This document shows positions 1-8,840 of a DNA stretch of 49,478 bases, piece by piece. The notes beneath the pieces were generated by a model, which did no database searches, was not told where the DNA came from, and saw only the letters and a program-made list of their open reading frames with translations. The DNA is taken from the NCBI GenBank assembly GCA_013813435.1, contig JACCRS010000151.1, positions 1 through 49,478 of the forward strand. Direction: 5' to 3'. The translations under genes and the position numbers were made by a program. The first letter of the stretch is position 1. Every line of letters starts with the position of its first letter. This stretch comes from Gemmatimonadales bacterium. Lineage in GTDB: Bacteria; Gemmatimonadota; Gemmatimonadetes; Gemmatimonadales; GWC2-71-9.

Positions 1-2
1 TG

Positions 3-716
3 ACCGAATGGTTCGAAGAATGGTTTGGCGAAGAGTACCTTCGGCTCTATCCTCACCGCGACGATACTGAGGCGGAGCGGGCAGTCGACCTTATCCGCCG
101 AACTGTGCCCTTCCGAGCCGGCTGGCGGGTGCTCGATGTGGCTTGCGGAGCGGGACGCCATGCCCGGGCGTTTGAAGCTGTCGGTGCCCGCTGCACCGGA
201 CTCGACCTGTCGCAGACCTTGCTCCGTCTCGCTCGCCAGGCCACGAAGGCACCTCTGGTCCGGGCCGACATGCGCCAGCTGCCCATTCGCCCTGGCTCAA
301 TGGACCTCACGGTGAATCTCTTTACCAGCTTCGGCTACTTCGATCAGGACAGCCAACACACGGCAGCACTGGGTGAAATGATCGGCACTGTGCGGCAGGG
401 CGGCTGGTTCGTGATCGATTTCCTCAATCCCGAGGCCGTGCGGCGCCAGCTGGTGCCGGAAGAGACTCTCGAATTGGCGGGATCAACGGTTCGGGTCTCA
501 CGTTCGGTGTCTCCCGACGGCCGTTATGTGTGCAAGAGCATTCGGGCTGCGGAGGGCCGACACTTCCAGGAACGAGTCCGCCTGTTCGAGCCCGAGCAGA
601 TGTCAGAGATGCTGAAGGCAGCGGGCGTTACCGTGCGTTTCAGCTTCGGCGACTACGATGCAGGCCCCTTCACTCTCCACTCCTCGCGAACCATTCTCAT
701 AGGTCAGGTAGGATGA
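3..716 (+). CDS. class I SAM-dependent methyltransferase (5' end outside window)
   Basis: Frame stays open from the window edge (TEWFEEWFGEEYLRLYPHRDD...). SAM motif I VLDVACGAGRH, acidic loop LDLS, MDLTVNLFTSFGYF region. TGA 714-716 overlaps the next ATG (ATGA). Confidence 0.8.
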   Translation, partial: TEWFEEWFGEEYLRLYPHRDDTEAERAVDLIRRTVPFRAGWRVLDVACGAGRHARAFEAVGARCTGLDLSQTLLRLARQATKAPLVRADMRQLPIRPGSMDLTVNLFTSFGYFDQDSQHTAALGEMIGTVRQGGWFVIDFLNPEAVRRQLVPEETLELAGSTVRVSRSVSPDGRYVCKSIRAAEGRHFQERVRLFEPEQMSEMLKAAGVTVRFSFGDYDAGPFTLHSSRTILIGQVG

Positions 717-2242
717 CGTTGCGCTTCGTGCCGACGCCTCTGGTCCCGGTGGTGGAGCTTCCCGCCCCGCGCGAAGCACCCTTCGACCCTGCATTGGTGG
801 ATGCTATCGTCCCGTCGCCCGCACGGGATTCGGTACTCGCCCGGCTTCAGGAACCGGGAGCGTTCGTGGTCACCACAGGACAGCAACCCGGCCTCTTCAC
901 GGGCCCACTTTACACCCTCTACAAGGCGCTATCCGCAGCCTCCCTGGCCCGTGTGCTGGAGCGTCAGTGGCAGCGCCCAGTCGTGCCCGTGTTCTGGGTT
1001 GCGGGCGACGATCACGATTTTGCCGAGGCCAGCCACGCGAGCTGGATTTCCGGCGAAGGTACCCTCGCCACTGCCTCTCTACCTCCTCGGATGCCCGACT
1101 CGCCGCTCACACCGATGTATCGCCAGCCGCTCGGCGCCGAGGTGCAGACCGCCCTGGATGCGTTGGCCGCCGACCTGCAACCATCGGAATTCCGGGACTC
1201 GACCCTTGAGTGGCTGCAGCGTTACTATCGGCCGGATGCGACAGTGGCGGGGAGTTTCGCCGGTGCCCTGGCCGAGCTTTTGTCGCCTCTGGGCGTCGCC
1301 ATTCTGGACAGCACTCATCCGGCACTGAAGCGTTCTGCCGCCCGGCATCTGATCAGAGCTCTGGGTCTTGCCCGCGATCTGGACCGCGATCTCGGAAACC
1401 TGGCCGCCGAGCTGGCCCTGGCGGGGGCCGATCCCGGGGTGGCGGTCGGGGACGGCGCAACGCTGGTAATGCTGGAAGGACGGCAGGGCCGCGACCGGTT
1501 AGTGATGGACGACGGGGGTTTCATTACTCGCCGTGCCCGCGAGCGATTCGACATGTCGGCGCTGCAGCGCATCGCCGCCTCGGAACCGGAGCGCCTGTCG
1601 CCCAACGTGCTGCTAAGGCCGGTAATCGAGAGCGCCCTGCTCCCGACCGTGGCTTACCTGGCCGGCCCCGGCGAGTTGCGCTACCTGGCGCTGACGACAC
1701 CGGTCTACGAGCGCATGCGGATTCCTCGGCAGCTGGCGCTGCCACGATGGTCCGGGATCATGGTCGAGCCTCGCGTCGATCGCGTGCTCCAGAAGTTCAA
1801 CATCGAGCTGGACGAGTTGCTGGAGCCCGCCGGCGCGCTCGAGGCCAGACTGGTTCGCTCCAAGCTGTCGGAAGCGACCGTTCGTACGATCGAGGAACTC
1901 AGGTCGGCCATTGGGTCCGGATACGACGCCCTGGGCACCAGCGCGGCCGAAATCGACCCGACACTCTCCCGTCCGGTGCAGGGCAGCAAGCATCAGGCTC
2001 TGTCCGGGGTGCAGGACATCGAGCGGAAGCTGATTCAACATCTCAAGCGGCGGCAGGAGATCGAACTGGGCCAGATCGCCAAGGCTCGGACCTTCGTGCG
2101 TCCCGACAACAAGCCGCAGGAACGGGTTCTCACGGTCGCACCCTTCCTCGCGCGCTATGGTCCCTCGATTCTGTTGGAGCTCGCTGAGGTTATCGAAGCC
2201 TGGTACGCTTCGGCCCTTGAGGGCGCCCTCAACCCATCGTAG
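713..2242 (+). CDS. bshC: bacillithiol biosynthesis cysteine-adding enzyme BshC
   Basis: MTLRFVPTPL... with hallmark VVTTGQQPGLFTGPLYTLYKALSA and WVAGDDHDF. ~509 aa. ATG 713 chosen because it forms an ATGA overlap with the upstream stop; the tracked ORF start at 530 lies inside the methyltransferase. Confidence 0.8.
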   Translation: MTLRFVPTPLVPVVELPAPREAPFDPALVDAIVPSPARDSVLARLQEPGAFVVTTGQQPGLFTGPLYTLYKALSAASLARVLERQWQRPVVPVFWVAGDDHDFAEASHASWISGEGTLATASLPPRMPDSPLTPMYRQPLGAEVQTALDALAADLQPSEFRDSTLEWLQRYYRPDATVAGSFAGALAELLSPLGVAILDSTHPALKRSAARHLIRALGLARDLDRDLGNLAAELALAGADPGVAVGDGATLVMLEGRQGRDRLVMDDGGFITRRARERFDMSALQRIAASEPERLSPNVLLRPVIESALLPTVAYLAGPGELRYLALTTPVYERMRIPRQLALPRWSGIMVEPRVDRVLQKFNIELDELLEPAGALEARLVRSKLSEATVRTIEELRSAIGSGYDALGTSAAEIDPTLSRPVQGSKHQALSGVQDIERKLIQHLKRRQEIELGQIAKARTFVRPDNKPQERVLTVAPFLARYGPSILLELAEVIEAWYASALEGALNPS

Positions 2243-2252
2243 ACTCGACTTT

Positions 2253-2534
2253 ATGTCGATCATCGCCTTGATCCTGCTGGTTGCGCTCCTCATACCAATC
2301 CTGGGGATAGTGGTCGATTCACCTATCGGCCGCGCGCTGGCGCGGCGCCTGGAGGGTCCCCCGGCGACTCCTCCAGCACTTAGCGATCTGGGGAAAAAGG
2401 TCGAGCTCCTGGAAGCAGAAGTCGATGACCTGATGCGCAGTGTTCAGGCGTTGCAGGATGAGACCGCTTTCCTGCAGCGGCTGCTGGAAGCCCCGTCGCA
2501 GCGCCCCAACCTCCCACCACCCCAGAGTTCCTGA
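2253..2534 (+). CDS. small single-pass membrane protein with C-terminal coiled coil (PspB-like architecture), function unknown
   Basis: ATG 2253 gives MSIIALILLVALLIPILGIVV (TM helix), then the heptad-like KKVELLEAEVDDLMRSVQALQDETAFLQRLLE. No family recognised with certainty. Confidence 0.5.
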   Translation: MSIIALILLVALLIPILGIVVDSPIGRALARRLEGPPATPPALSDLGKKVELLEAEVDDLMRSVQALQDETAFLQRLLEAPSQRPNLPPPQSS

Positions 2535-2569
2535 CAGCGCCGGCTGGCCGGCCCTCACGTCCCGCGGCT

Positions 2570-4099
2570 ATGGTCGCCGCGGGCATTTTCCTGAGCCGGA
2601 TTTTGGGTCTGGTGCGGAACCGGGTGTTCGCCCACTACTTCGGCACATCGGCCTCGGCGGACGCCTTCAACGCCGCATTCAAGCTTCCCAACTTTCTCCA
2701 GAACCTCTTTGGCGAGGGAGTCCTCTCCGCCTCTTTCATTCCAGTGTATGTGCGGCTGCTGCAGCAAGATCGAGATCAGGCCCGGCGGGTGGCTGCTGCA
2801 ATTGGCGCCCTACTAGGCCTGGCAGTATCGGCCGTGGTGCTCGTGGGTGTGCTGGTCACGCCGGCATTGGTTACGATCTTCACTCCCGGCTTTGATGGTG
2901 AGAAGCGTGAGGCCACCATCCGGTTGGCCCGCATCTTTTTCCCCGGAGCAGGACTCCTGGTTCTCTCCGCGTGGTGTCTGGGGGTGCTCAACAGCCACGG
3001 CCGCTTCTTTCTGTCCTATGCGGCGCCGGTCTTTTGGAACCTGGCGATCATCGGCACGCTGCTCATCTTCGGCGAGGCTGCCGGCGGATACCGCCTGGCT
3101 CAGATTGCCGCCTGGGGCTCAGTGGCGGGGAGCGCGCTTCAGTTGGGTGTTCAGCTTCCTGCAGTAGTCAGTCTCCTCGGTGGCGTGCTCCCGTCACTTC
3201 GTAACGGGGCTGAGGCTGTCGGCACGGTGGTCCGCAACTCGCTGCCGGTCTTCGTCGGACGCGGTGTGGTCCAGATCAGCTCCTACATCGACACAGTGAT
3301 CGCCAGCCTGCTGCCCACCGGCGCGGTCGCGGCCATATCATACGCCCAGGTGCTTTACACCCTTCCTGTCAGCCTCTTCGGTATGTCGGTGTCGGCCGCG
3401 GAGTTGCCTGCCATGTCCAGCATCACAGGTGATGAGAGTGAGCGCACCGCGCAACTGCGCGTCAGGCTGGAAGGCGCTCTGGGTCAGATTGCATTTTTGG
3501 TAATTCCCTCCGCGATTGTTTTCCTGGCGTTGGGAGACGTGGTTGCTGGAGCGCTCTACCAGACCGGCGCCTTTACCCGGGAGATGACCGTTTATGTATG
3601 GGCGATCCTGGGGGGGTCGGCTATCGGCCTTCTGGCCTCGACCTGGGGTCGGCTCTACGCCTCGACGTATTACGCGCTGCAGGACACGAGAACTCCGCTC
3701 CGCTTCGCCATGGTCCGCGTGGGCGTGACACTCGGGCTGGGTTACTTATGTGCGCTATACCTGCCGCTGAAGCTTGGAATAGAACCGCGATGGGGTGCAG
3801 CCGGGATTACCCTGGCATCCGGAGCGGCGGCGTGGATCGAGTATCATCTGTTGCGGCGAGGGCTTGCCTCCCGGTTGGGGCCAACCGGTGTTCCCCTGAG
3901 ATTTCTGGCCAAACTTTGGGTCAGTGCCTTGGCAGCTGCGGCAGCCGCGTGGGTGGTGCGGCTGGCGGTGGAAGGGCAGCATCTCCTGGTCGTGGCATTA
4001 TTTTCCCTGGGCATGTACGGTGCCGCCTACCTGGCTATAACCGCTGCCCTGGGAGTGCCCCACGCCCGGCGGCTCCTGAGCCGAGCCGGCTGGCGCTGA
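2570..4099 (+). CDS. murJ: lipid II flippase MurJ/MviN
   Basis: N-terminus SRILGLVRNRVFAHYFGTSASADAFNAAFKLPNFLQNLFGEGVLSASFIPVY is the conserved MurJ signature. Polytopic, 509 aa. Confidence 0.85.
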   Translation: MVAAGIFLSRILGLVRNRVFAHYFGTSASADAFNAAFKLPNFLQNLFGEGVLSASFIPVYVRLLQQDRDQARRVAAAIGALLGLAVSAVVLVGVLVTPALVTIFTPGFDGEKREATIRLARIFFPGAGLLVLSAWCLGVLNSHGRFFLSYAAPVFWNLAIIGTLLIFGEAAGGYRLAQIAAWGSVAGSALQLGVQLPAVVSLLGGVLPSLRNGAEAVGTVVRNSLPVFVGRGVVQISSYIDTVIASLLPTGAVAAISYAQVLYTLPVSLFGMSVSAAELPAMSSITGDESERTAQLRVRLEGALGQIAFLVIPSAIVFLALGDVVAGALYQTGAFTREMTVYVWAILGGSAIGLLASTWGRLYASTYYALQDTRTPLRFAMVRVGVTLGLGYLCALYLPLKLGIEPRWGAAGITLASGAAAWIEYHLLRRGLASRLGPTGVPLRFLAKLWVSALAAAAAAWVVRLAVEGQHLLVVALFSLGMYGAAYLAITAALGVPHARRLLSRAGWR

Positions 4100-4198
4100 A
4101 GCGTCCCGGCGCCGACTCTCACGGTCTGACTTCTCACAAACAGAGAGGGAAGGAGCGCACAGGTTGCTCCAGTGCTGAATTCACCTGCGCGAGCCATC

Positions 4199-6016
4199 AT
4201 GACCACTCCCCCGAACTCAGAGGATCTTCAGCGGAAGCTCGACACCCTTCCGGAGGGACCGGGCGTGTACATCTGGAGAGGAGGCGATGGAGAGGTGCTG
4301 TACGTCGGAAAAGCCAAGCGGCTTCGCAGCAGAGTACGCAGTTACTTCGCCACCGACTTCCCGGACAGCCCCAGGAACCGCCTGCTTCAGCGGCTCATCG
4401 CCGACGTGGACACCATCGTCGTTCCCAGCGAGGCGGGGTCGCTCATTCTCGAGAACAACTTTATCAAGGAGTACCGGCCCCGGTTCAACGTTCGACTCAA
4501 AGATGACAAGAGTTACCCGTCCATAGCAGTGACCCTCAGCGAAACCTTTCCCCGGGTGCTGGTTACCCGCAAGCGCGACATTGCCGGCGCCCGCTATTTC
4601 GGTCCCTATACCGATGTCGGCCAGTTGCGGCGGACCCTCGCGATCATTCGCCGGTTATACACCGTGCGGAGCTGTCAGGACAGGTTGCCTGAGGACCGCC
4701 GCGAGCGTCCCTGCCTCGACTTCTACATCGGACGCTGCCAAGCTCCCTGCATGGGCTGGCAGGATTTGCCCGAGTACCAGCGTATGGTCACAGACGTGGT
4801 CGAGTTCCTCGAGGGTAAGACGCAGGATGTGAGGACGCGAGTCCGTGAAGCTATGCTTTCGGCAAGCGCCCGGGACGACTTCGAGCGCGCCCGGGAGATG
4901 AGGGACGCACTCCGCTGGCTGGACCGTTTGGATGAACCGGTAAGCGTGGAAGTGATGGGAACCGGTGATGCAGACGTTATCGGCTACGCCCGCGATGGTG
5001 ACGACGCAGTTGGCGTACTCTTGCGGGTTCGGGATGGGCGCGTAGTTGGACGGGAGCACCGGTTTCTCGAAGGTGTAGAAGAGGAAGAGCATAGCTCGGT
5101 GTTGAGTGCATTCCTGGTGCGCTACTATGTGCCTGTCGAGGGCAGGGTACGCCGGCTGGTGATTCCGATGCCCCCAGCGGAGTGGGACACGCTGCGTGAA
5201 TTGCTGCCCACAACCGATTGGCTGGTGCCTCAGCGGGGCACAGCCCAGCGCTGGCTCGAGTTGGCGGATCAAAACGCACGGCACCTGCTCGAGAGCCTGC
5301 GGATCGAGTCGTTCGAGACCGAAGAGCGAGCCGAGGACCCGGTCTACGCGCTGGGCCGCGATCTCGGACTCAGCATTGTGCCGCGCAGATTCATCTGCGT
5401 GGACATCTCGCATAACCAGGGGCGGGACAGCGTTGGTTCGCTGGTGTGGTTCGAGGGAGGAAGACCGCGCAAGAGTGAGTACCGCAAGTTCAAGATCAGG
5501 GGAGCCGGCCAGCAGGACGACTACGCCGCCATCCAGGAGGTCCTGACTCGCTACTTCGTCCGGCGCCGGGACGAGCAACTGCCGCTGCCCGACCTGATCG
5601 TCATCGACGGTGGCAAGGGGCAGCTCAGTGCCGCAGTCGAGGTAGCGGCCCAACTCGGCTTGGTAGAGATCCCGATAGTGAGCCTGGCTAAGAGGGAAGA
5701 GGAGGTTTTTCTCCCCGGGCGATCGGAGAGCCTCCGCCTGCCCAGGCGTAGCCCCGCACTCAGGCTGCTGCAACGCGCCCGTGACGAGGCGCATCGGTTC
5801 GGGCTGGCCTATAACCGCAAGCGCCGCACCCACCGCACCATCACTTCGGAGCTTTTGAGCATTCCGGGAGTTGGTCCCACCAAGCGGCGCCAGCTGCTGG
5901 AGCGCTTCGGCAGCCTGGCCGGAGTGAGGTCGGCCTCGATCGCCGAGCTTGCATCGGTGCCAGGTTTTTCGACCCGGCTGGCTGAGCGGATCCTGGAACA
6001 TCTTAGGACGGCATAG
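4199..6016 (+). CDS. uvrC: excinuclease ABC subunit C
   Basis: GIY-YIG region GPGVYIWRGGDGEVLYVGKAKRLRSRVRSYF and IKEYRPRFN, plus a C-terminal (HhH)2 region IPGVGPTKRRQLLERFGS. ATG 4199 preferred; an in-frame GTG at 4172 is also possible. Confidence 0.9.
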   Translation: MTTPPNSEDLQRKLDTLPEGPGVYIWRGGDGEVLYVGKAKRLRSRVRSYFATDFPDSPRNRLLQRLIADVDTIVVPSEAGSLILENNFIKEYRPRFNVRLKDDKSYPSIAVTLSETFPRVLVTRKRDIAGARYFGPYTDVGQLRRTLAIIRRLYTVRSCQDRLPEDRRERPCLDFYIGRCQAPCMGWQDLPEYQRMVTDVVEFLEGKTQDVRTRVREAMLSASARDDFERAREMRDALRWLDRLDEPVSVEVMGTGDADVIGYARDGDDAVGVLLRVRDGRVVGREHRFLEGVEEEEHSSVLSAFLVRYYVPVEGRVRRLVIPMPPAEWDTLRELLPTTDWLVPQRGTAQRWLELADQNARHLLESLRIESFETEERAEDPVYALGRDLGLSIVPRRFICVDISHNQGRDSVGSLVWFEGGRPRKSEYRKFKIRGAGQQDDYAAIQEVLTRYFVRRRDEQLPLPDLIVIDGGKGQLSAAVEVAAQLGLVEIPIVSLAKREEEVFLPGRSESLRLPRRSPALRLLQRARDEAHRFGLAYNRKRRTHRTITSELLSIPGVGPTKRRQLLERFGSLAGVRSASIAELASVPGFSTRLAERILEHLRTA

Positions 6017-6082
6017 GGACAACCTCCCGTTAGACCCCAAAGCCCTACCGAACGATCGGTTACACGCCCATATTCTAAGTCT

Positions 6083-7399
6083 ATGTCCGATGGACGCTTT
6101 GCTATACTCGACCCGGTCTCCGGCATCAGCGGCGACATGATGCTGGGCGCACTCTTGGCGGCGGGAGCTCCCGAGGAATGGCTGCAATCGCTGCCTGCCC
6201 GGCTGGGATTTCCCGAAGTCACGGTGGGCATCACTCCGGTGGATCGCTGCGGCATAAGGGCGATCAAGGTAGAGGTGTGTCTTCCCGACGGCAGCCGGGA
6301 ACAGCCCGCCCGCCCGGTGGACCAGCACTCCCACGAGCACGATCATTTTCACTCCCATGCTGACCACTCGGAAGCCGATCCCCCGCGGCACGGGTCGCAC
6401 CGACATATCGGTGAACTCATCGACATCGTGAAACGGGCGAAGCTCTCCGGGTGGGTCCGGGAGAGGGCGGTGCGTGCGTTTCAGCTGCTTGGCGATGCCG
6501 AAGGACGGGTACATGGACTCCCCGCCGACCGGGTTCCTCTGCACGAGGTCGGTGCGGTGGACGCGCTAATCGATATCGTGGGCGGCATCGAAGGATTCGA
6601 GCAGCTGGGGATCACCCGCATCTACAACCGGCCACTCGCAATCGGAACCGGCTGGGTCCGCGCTGCCCATGGAGTCATACCAGTCCCGGCTCCCGCGACG
6701 ACAATCCTGCTGGAGGGAATTGAGGTGGGCCCTAACGGCCCAGTTACCGGCGAAGCAACCACACCGACGGGGGCCGTGCTGGTGCGGGTGCTTTCAGCCG
6801 GAGCGCCACCCTCCCGGTGGAGGGCGGCCATGGCGGGCGCCTGGGGAGCGGGGGGCCGTAACCCGAAGGACTATCCCAATGCCCTGCGGCTCATATTGGC
6901 TTCAGCTGCAGTGGAGGCGGGTGAGGTGATCCTGGTGTCCACCGATCTGGACGATCTGAGCCCGGAGTACCTCGATCCTATGCGTGAGGCGCTCTTTTTG
7001 GCAGGAGCGCTCGACGTCCAGCTGTGGGGGACACAGATGAAGAAAGGCCGGGCCGGCTTTCGAGTGGAGATCACCGTGGCTCCGGCTGAAGCCGATAAGG
7101 TGACCGAAGCACTCTTTCGTCATAGCACCACAGCGGGAGTTCGGCGATATAGTGCCGAGCGGGTAACCCTGGCTCGGCGTGAAGTCGAGGTCACGACCGC
7201 TGAGGGTGGGGCGGTGCGGGTGAAGGTGCTGGAAGGCCCTGACGGTCCTAGAGTGAAGCCGGAATATGATGACGTGATGGCGCTGGCCCGCCGAACTGGC
7301 AGACCAGCCCACGAGGTGGCAAGGGACTTGCAATCCCGGGCTCTCCATGTGGTGAGCGCCGAGAATTCCGGGCCTGTGGCCCCGAACAAGGAGTCATAA
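6083..7399 (+). CDS. larC: nickel insertion protein LarC (DUF111/UPF0272 family)
   Basis: N-terminal ILDPVSGISGDMMLGALL motif. His-rich metal-binding stretch DQHSHEHDHFHSHADHSEADPPRHGSHRH. 438 aa. Confidence 0.8.
   Translation: MSDGRFAILDPVSGISGDMMLGALLAAGAPEEWLQSLPARLGFPEVTVGITPVDRCGIRAIKVEVCLPDGSREQPARPVDQHSHEHDHFHSHADHSEADPPRHGSHRHIGELIDIVKRAKLSGWVRERAVRAFQLLGDAEGRVHGLPADRVPLHEVGAVDALIDIVGGIEGFEQLGITRIYNRPLAIGTGWVRAAHGVIPVPAPATTILLEGIEVGPNGPVTGEATTPTGAVLVRVLSAGAPPSRWRAAMAGAWGAGGRNPKDYPNALRLILASAAVEAGEVILVSTDLDDLSPEYLDPMREALFLAGALDVQLWGTQMKKGRAGFRVEITVAPAEADKVTEALFRHSTTAGVRRYSAERVTLARREVEVTTAEGGAVRVKVLEGPDGPRVKPEYDDVMALARRTGRPAHEVARDLQSRALHVVSAENSGPVAPNKES
7317..7332 (+). promoter_or_regulatory. 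candidate sigma-54 (-24/-12) promoter upstream of the TPR gene
   Basis: TGGCAAGGGACTTGCA matches TGGCACG-N4-TTGCW at all fixed positions but one, with correct GG-N10-GC spacing. It lies ~70 nt upstream of the 7402 start, inside the 3' end of larC. Confidence 0.3.
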
Positions 7400-7401
7400 T
7401 A

Positions 7402-8829
7402 GTGAGAACGACAATCGTGTCCGCCATGAGTTTGCTGGGGCTGTTCAGCGCCGGAACGGCAATGGCTCAGACGGCTATCAATGAGCGGGTTGCCAAGGCG
7501 ATGCCGTCAAAGTTCACCGCCCCTGACTGCGGTCTCAAGACCGGCCACTTCAAAGTTCAGAGCGGCGCCACCTACCTGAAGACCGGGATCGAGACCGAGG
7601 TGCCGGAGAATCGGACGCGGGCTCTGACAAACGGTAAGAAAGTGCTGCTCGAGGCCCTGGAGCAGAACCAGCAGGAAAAGAACCCGGCACTCTGGTACTA
7701 TCTCGGCAGGATCTATCTCCAACAGGGCGACATTGCCGGCGCAGACACCGCTCTGACCCGAGCGGAGACCCTGATTCCGGCCTGCAAGAAAGAGATCAGC
7801 GATGTTCGCTACGCGGGGTGGGTGCCGTTGGTGAACGCTGGAATCACATTCAACAAGGAAGAGAAGGACGATTCGGCTTTAGCCCTGTATCGGGAAGCAA
7901 GTACTATCTACCGAGACAAGCCGCTGGCCTATCTGAATGCCGGCGTCATCTTCGCCAACGCCAACCAGGCGGACAGCGCCATAGTCTACTTCCAGAAGGC
8001 ATCACAGATCGCGGAGCAGACTAATGCGGTCGAAGACCGGAATGCGGCTACGCGAAACTGGGGTGCCCTGCTTCAACGGGCCGGCCGGCACCAGGAGGCG
8101 ATTCCAGTAATGGAGAAATATGTAGCCTGGGCTCCGAAGGACGTCGAGGTCAAGCGTGCGCTGGCAAGCTCCTACCGGGCTGCGGGGCAGATCGACAAGG
8201 CGAAGGTGATCGAAGATGAAGTTGGAGCCGCTCCCGCTGCGGCGGGGCAGCCGGCGGCGGCGAGCGCCGCTGGTGATCAGATGACTGCGGCGGTGACGCT
8301 TTATAACGAGAAGAAGTATGCCGAGGCGGCAGCCGCGTTCGAGAAGGTCCTTACCGTCGAGCCGAATAATCGTGACGCTTTATACGGACTGGCCAACGCT
8401 TACGTCGGGCTCAAAAGTCCTAAGCTAGCCGAAGCCGCCGCTCGACTGGTAGCAATCGAACCGGTGAATGACGAGGCGGTGCGCCTGCTGGCAAACGGCC
8501 AGCGCATGGCGAAGAAGGAAGCTCAGGCGAACAAGACCGCGATACAGTTGCTGGCTATGCCGACCACAGTCAAGGTGACGCAATTTGCTCCGACAGCAGA
8601 TGGGGCAACCATCACCGGGGCTGCCACTGGCCGCGAAGGAGAAACGGCCCAAGGGAAACCCCTAGTCGCCAAGCCCATAGTTCTGGTATTCGAGTTCCTC
8701 GATGCCAAGGGTGCCGTTCTATCCAGTCAGGAAGCTCAGGTGCCTGGCCTTAAGGCAGGAGAGTCGCACCCTGTCGAGGTCAAGGCGCAGGGGCAGGGCA
8801 TCGCAGCCTGGAGATATAAGCAAAAGTAA
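7402..8829 (+). CDS. secreted tetratricopeptide-repeat protein with C-terminal beta-rich domain
   Basis: RBS AAGGAG before GTG 7402. Signal peptide MRTTIVSAMSLLGLFSAGTAMAQT. Several TPR-like units (WYYLGRIYLQQGDIAGA, ALYGLANAYVGLKSPKLA). The C-terminal ~90 aa are non-TPR. Confidence 0.75.
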   Translation: MRTTIVSAMSLLGLFSAGTAMAQTAINERVAKAMPSKFTAPDCGLKTGHFKVQSGATYLKTGIETEVPENRTRALTNGKKVLLEALEQNQQEKNPALWYYLGRIYLQQGDIAGADTALTRAETLIPACKKEISDVRYAGWVPLVNAGITFNKEEKDDSALALYREASTIYRDKPLAYLNAGVIFANANQADSAIVYFQKASQIAEQTNAVEDRNAATRNWGALLQRAGRHQEAIPVMEKYVAWAPKDVEVKRALASSYRAAGQIDKAKVIEDEVGAAPAAAGQPAAASAAGDQMTAAVTLYNEKKYAEAAAAFEKVLTVEPNNRDALYGLANAYVGLKSPKLAEAAARLVAIEPVNDEAVRLLANGQRMAKKEAQANKTAIQLLAMPTTVKVTQFAPTADGATITGAATGREGETAQGKPLVAKPIVLVFEFLDAKGAVLSSQEAQVPGLKAGESHPVEVKAQGQGIAAWRYKQK

Positions 8830-8840
8830 AAGGGGGAGTC

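Noticed and set aside
530-712. Upstream in-frame extension of the bshC ORF
   Set aside because: It lies inside the methyltransferase coding frame. ATG 713 gives a canonical BshC N-terminus and an ATGA junction.
4655-6544. 629-aa minus-strand ORF, the longest non-annotated ORF in the track
   Set aside because: It lies antisense to uvrC and larC, which have unambiguous motifs. Its translation is Arg/Pro/Gly/Ala-rich low complexity, typical of open antisense frames in GC-rich DNA.
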